A stretch of 52,735 nucleotides of DNA, the filler included, from Jimgerdemannia flammicorona (lineage: Eukaryota): assembly GCA_003990765.1 (NCBI GenBank). It is 2 parts of 2 records of this genome, joined end to end, with 100 filler letters (N's around TTAATTAATTAA, not from the genome) between each part and the next. Parts side by side here need not be neighbours in the genome. Positions count along the whole stretch, not along the records: positions 26,421 to 52,735 come from RBNJ01000737.1; 1 more part is not named here. One strand, given 5' to 3'. Numbering within the stretch: position 1 is the first letter of the stretch; each line of letters begins with the position of its first letter. A model generated the notes under the pieces. That model saw nothing but the letters and a program-made list of their open reading frames with translations, had not been told where the DNA came from and did no database searches. A program made the position numbers and the translations under genes. Of the stretch, positions 51,673 through 52,735 are shown piece after piece.

Positions 51673-52077
51673 TGTAACATTTTAGCATAGTTTATTTCTT
51701 TTCTCTGTCTTTCTTGAATATTCTATAACCTTCCAGCACTTTTCATATACTTAGAAATCTCCTTCTTGGTGCTGAGCATTAACTAGTACTTATTTAGTTA
51801 GTCACTAAATGTCCTGGAAACTTGTAGAACTTTATTTGTCATCATTTATCATCTTTGCCAAGAACTTTCCTCTTGGCATTTTCTTTTGATTTCTCAGATC
51901 CTTCCAGATCCTTCCTTCAGATCTTGTATAAATATCCCCTTTGTTCTTATGAATAAAGCCTCAGAATATTTTCTCTCAGAAACCCTTCAAGAATATTTGA
52001 ATCTTTAAGTAACTCTTTGAGCTACTTAGAACTACCAGAACTAGTCACTTCCTCATTTAGAAACTAGAACTGTTACA
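51673..52077 (+). repeat. 3' LTR of E7
   Basis: tgtaac...tgttaca after the PPT. Confidence 0.95.
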
Positions 52078-52735
52078 GTTACTTAGACTTTGTCATTTAT
52101 TATCAATCTATTAATAAGTTTAAAGTATCACCTCCCACTAACTGATCCCCATAGAGGAGCCTCTCTCCAACAGCTTGAGCTTTGCTATACAATTCAGCTT
52201 TCTGAACTTTAAATACCTCCTTACAAATATCTATCAAAATCTGGCTTGCTTGATCTCCCAATATCTCTCTCCAAATGGTGAGAATAACTTCCTCCATATT
52301 AGTATCCAAGAGAATATAATTGTGGTGTGAATTTAGAATACCAGCTGATAAGGTGGAGGACTCCAAAAATGTCACAGTTTGAAAATTATTTTGGTATCCT
52401 TTTTCTGAAGACTTGACAGAATATTGCCATTCTACTTCTTCCAAATTTTGCATATAAAGTATTATTGTCTGACCTTCTGGAAGATCAAGCCTCAGAATTC
52501 CAGGTATTTCAAAATTCTAAAGACTTGAGATATGAAACTGAGTCTGGATAAATTTGGCCTTGAGATTTTGCTGATCTACCCAATATTAATATTGTTGATC
52601 TAAAAAATCTATTAATAATATTTTACATTGATCCTTCTTCATTTTCTAAAAATTAAAATAAAAAGCAAAATAACCTTATAAATAATTTGAACAGGTATAC
52701 TCCCACACACTCTCCAAATCCTATACCTAACTCAA
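52078..52735 (-). mobile_element. Body of an R2-like retroposon with an unrecognised ORF fragment (52103-52453)
   Basis: Minus strand ...gataataaatgacaaagtctaagtaac resembles ...gttaataaaggatggagtccaagtgac at ~26618-26644; ORF stop lies next to AATAAA. Confidence 0.55.

Larger units (their letters stand above)
43628..52077 (+). mobile_element. Full-length chromovirus E7 with two R1 insertions
   Basis: 405-bp LTRs; TSD gtcac/gttac; PBS t(a)gtagcagtgg at ~44035; PPT aaggagggggaga 51660-51672. Confidence 0.96.

Overview
Eukaryotic, most likely fungal, repeat cluster with no recognisable host gene. It is a nested set of decaying transposons. There are five Ty3/Gypsy LTR retrotransposons: E1 (<1-9496, -), E2 (11137-17815, -, both LTRs), E4 (~26680-33392, -), E6 (~33393-42371, +) and E7 (43628-52077, +, both LTRs plus 5-bp TSD). 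E4, E6 and E7 are chromoviruses. Also present: extra LTRs of the E1 family, a truncated DIRS/Ngaro-type element, four copies of a ~1.2 kb poly(A) retroposon, a second poly(A) retroposon family, a ~250 bp MITE and an artificial 100-bp N/TTAATTAATTAA linker. Almost all ORFs are broken by C->T stops. Three things stand out. (1) Three divergent Gypsy lineages (E1, E2, E6) carry a homologous accessory ORF that I do not recognise (motif Y-x-[IL]-[GA]-x-x-L ... A-x5-[LI]F ... HL[RQ]-x-x-T). It sits in the env position in E2 and inside unusually long (~2-2.4 kb) LTRs in E1 and E6. (2) All five Gypsy elements encode a dUTPase, in two different polyprotein positions, and three also carry a small Cys/His module. 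(3) A TATA-AATAAA block is conserved across otherwise dissimilar LTR families. All alignments and translations were done by eye.
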